Of a DNA stretch of 64,000 bases, positions 61,570 through 64,000 are shown one piece after another. Source of the DNA: the human T2T-CHM13v2.0 reference genome, Homo sapiens; NCBI RefSeq assembly GCF_009914755.1, contig NC_060926.1. One strand, 5' to 3'. Every line of letters starts with the position of its first letter. Position 1 is the stretch's first letter. The translations under genes and the position numbers were made by a program. The notes below the pieces were generated by a model, which made no database searches, was not told where the DNA came from, and saw only the letters and a list, made by a program, of their open reading frames with translations.

Positions 61570-64000
61570 GATAGAAGCAATGTCAGAAACTTTTTCATGA
61601 TGTATCTACTCAGCTAACAGTGTTGAACCTTCATTTGAGAGAGCAGTTTTGAAACACTCGTTTTGTGGAATCTGCAAGTGGATATTTGTCTAGCTTTGAG
61701 GATTTCGTTGGAAACGGGATTACATATAAAAAGCAGACAGCAGCATTCCCAGAAACTTCTTTGTGATGTTTGCATTCAAGTCACAGAGTTGAACATTCCC
61801 TTTCATAGAGCAGGTTTGAAACACTCTTTTTGTAGTATCTGGATGTGGACATTTGCAGCGCTTTCAGGCCTAAGGTGAAAAAGGAAATATCTTCCCCTGA
61901 AAACTAGACAGAAGCATTCTCAGAAACTTATTTGTGATGTGCGCCCTCAACTAACAGTGTTGAAGCTTTCTTTTGATAGAGCAGTTTTGAAACACTCTTT
62001 TTGTAATATCTGCAAGAGGATATTTGGATAGCTTTGAGGATTTCGTTGGAAACGGGATTGTCTTCATATAAACTCTAGATAGAAGCATTCTCAGAAGCTT
62101 CATTGGGATGTTTCAATTGAAGTCACAGTGTTGAACAGTTCCTTTCATAGAACAGGTTTGAAACACTCTTTTTGTAGTATCTGGAAGTGGACATTTGGAG
62201 CGCTCTCAGGACTATGGTGAAAAAGGAAATATCTTCCAATAAAAGCTACATAGAAGCAATGTCAGAAACTTTTTCATGATGTATCTACTCAGCTAACAGA
62301 GTTGAACCTTTCCTTTGAGAGAGCAGTTTTGAAACACTCTTTTTGTGGAATCTGCAAGTGGATATTTGTCTAGCTTTGAGGATTTCGTTGGAAACGGGAT
62401 TACATATAAAAAGCAGACAGCAGCATTCCCAGTAACTTCTTTGTGATGTTTGCATTCAAGTCACAGAGTTGAACATTCCCTTTCATAGAGCAGGTTTGAA
62501 ACACTCTTTTTGTAGTATCTGGATGTGGACATTTGGAGCGCTTTCAGGCCTATGGTGAAAAAGGAAATATCTTCCCCTGAAAACTAGACAGAAGCATTCT
62601 CAGAAACTTATTTGTGATGTGCGCCCTCAACTAACAGTGTTGAAGCTTTCTTTTGATAGAGCAGTTTTGAAACACTCTTTTCGTAAAATCTGCAAGAGGA
62701 TATTTTGATAGCTTTGAGGATTTCGTTGGAAACGGGATTGTCTTCATATAAACTCTAGACAGAAGCATTCTCAGAAGCTTCATTGGGATGTTTCAATTGA
62801 AGTCACAGTGTTGAACAGTCCCTTTCATAGAGCAGGTTTGAAACACTCTTTTTGTAGTATCTGGATGTGGACATTTGGAGCGCTTTCAGGCCTATGGTTT
62901 AAAAGGAAATATCTTCCCCTGAAAACTAGACAGAAGCATTCTCAGAAACTTATTTGTGATGTGCGCCCTCAACTAACAGTGTTGAAGCATTCTTTTGATA
63001 GAGCTGTTTTGAAACACTCTTTTTGTGGAATCTGCAAGTGGATATTTGTCTAGCTTTGAGGATTTCTTTGGAAACGGGATTAATTATAAAAAGCAGACAG
63101 CAGCATTCCCAGAATCTTGTTTGTGATGTTTGCATTCAAGTCACAGAGTTGAACATTCCCTTTCAGAGAGCAGGTTTGAAACACTCTTTTTATAGTATCT
63201 GGATGTGGACATTTGGAGCGCTTTCAGGCCTATGATGAAAAAGGAAATATCTTCTCCTGAAAACTAGACAGAAGCATTCTCAGAATCTTATTTGTGATGT
63301 GCGCCCTCAACTAACAGTGTTGAAGCTTTCTTTTGATAGAGCAGTTTTGAAACACTCTTTTCGTAAAATCTGCAAGAGGATATTTGGATAGCTTTGAGGA
63401 TTTCGTTGGAAACGGGATTGTCTTCATATAGACTCTAGACAGAAGCATTCTCAGAAGCTTCATTGGGATGTTTCAATTGAAGTCACAGTGTTGAACAGTC
63501 CCTTTCATAGAGCAGGTTTGAAACACTCTTTTTGTAGTATCTGGAAGTGGACATTTGGAGAGATCTCAGGAATACGGTGATAAAGGAAATATCTTCCAAT
63601 AAAAGCTAGATAGAAGCAATGTCAGAAACTTTTTCATGATGTATCTACTCAGCTAACAGAGTTGAACGTTTCTTTTGAGAGAGCAGTTTTGAAACACTCT
63701 TTTTGTGGAATCTGCAAGTGGATATTTGTCTAGCTTTGAGGATTTCGTTGGAAACGGGATTACATATAAAAAGCAGACAGCAGCATTCCCAGTAACTTCT
63801 TTGTGATGTTTGCATTCAAGTCACAGAGTTGAACATTCCCTTTCATAGAGCAGGTTTGAAACACTTTTTTTGTAGTATCTGGATGTGGACATTTGGAGCG
63901 CTTTCAGGCCTATGGTGAAAAAGGAAATATCTTCCAATAAAAGCTACATAGAAGCAATGTCAGAAACTTTTTCATGATGTATCTACTCAGCTAACAGAGT
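61570..64000 (+). repeat. Duplicate of ~46280-48708 (offset 15292), running off the window end
   Basis: Shared ccttcatttg, ctctagatag, gagctgtttt, ggattaatta, tatgatgaaa, tatagactct. ORF offsets 46371/61663, 47516/62808, 47731/63023. Confidence 0.9.

Larger units (their letters stand above)
1..64000 (+). repeat. Centromeric alpha-satellite HOR array, 680-bp tetramer, probably human chromosome 2 D2Z1 (suprachromosomal family 2)
   Basis: Continuous ~171-bp monomers starting gcattctcagaa/gcaatgtcagaa/gcattcccagaa, matching the alphoid consensus. CENP-B box every 338/342 bp, XbaI site about every 680 bp, ORF-track spacing in steps of 680/338. Alpha-satellite identity is very secure. The D2Z1 name is recalled from the known 680-bp XbaI 4-mer (about 0.8 confidence). 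Confidence 0.98.

Noticed and set aside
509-63235. About 100 short ORFs (MWNLQVDICL..., MQTSQ..., MLNSPF...)
   Set aside because: They recur with the satellite period, many start at non-ATG codons (ttg/gtg), and they open or close by random SNVs such as cagaaa>cagtaa. They show no domain resemblance or gene context, so they are repeat artefacts.
1-64000. CRISPR-like regular repeat of a conserved motif
   Set aside because: The intervening sequences are themselves repeats, not unique spacers. There are no cas genes, and the sequence is alphoid DNA.
1-64000. Transposon insertion (L1/Alu), inversion or non-satellite island
   Set aside because: No poly-A tail, non-alphoid stretch or reverse-oriented CENP-B box was seen on reading through the window.
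1-64000. Possibility that this is a synthetic GRCh38-style centromere model
   Set aside because: Multi-kilobase duplications with phased rare SNVs are unlikely from a short-range monomer-adjacency model, so a real long-read assembly is more plausible. This cannot be proven from the window.

Overview
The whole window is one uninterrupted, head-to-tail primate (most likely human) centromeric alpha-satellite array of ~171-bp monomers, all in one orientation. The basic higher-order repeat (HOR) is a 680-bp tetramer of monomers I label A (171 bp), B (167), C (171) and D (171); example 1949-2628. It has one XbaI site per unit and a CENP-B box (TTTCGTTGGAAACGGGA) in every second monomer (B, D). This fits the suprachromosomal family 2 array D2Z1 of human chromosome 2, an assignment made from recall and not from a search. 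I found no genes, RNA genes, transposon insertions or inversions, and the ORF track is a repeat artefact. The interest lies in array architecture: 338/342-bp dimer variants from hybrid monomers, a recurrent fully chimeric tetramer (C/A-B/D-A/C-D/B), a three-copy 2378-bp 14-mer, nested duplications (offsets 5097, 7811, 8493, 13933/14271, 14607, 15292, 19029), conversion-like patches ending at the CENP-B box, and uneven CENP-B box loss. I see no evidence for a new gene-encoded system. Duplication boundaries and SNV counts were read by eye and are approximate.
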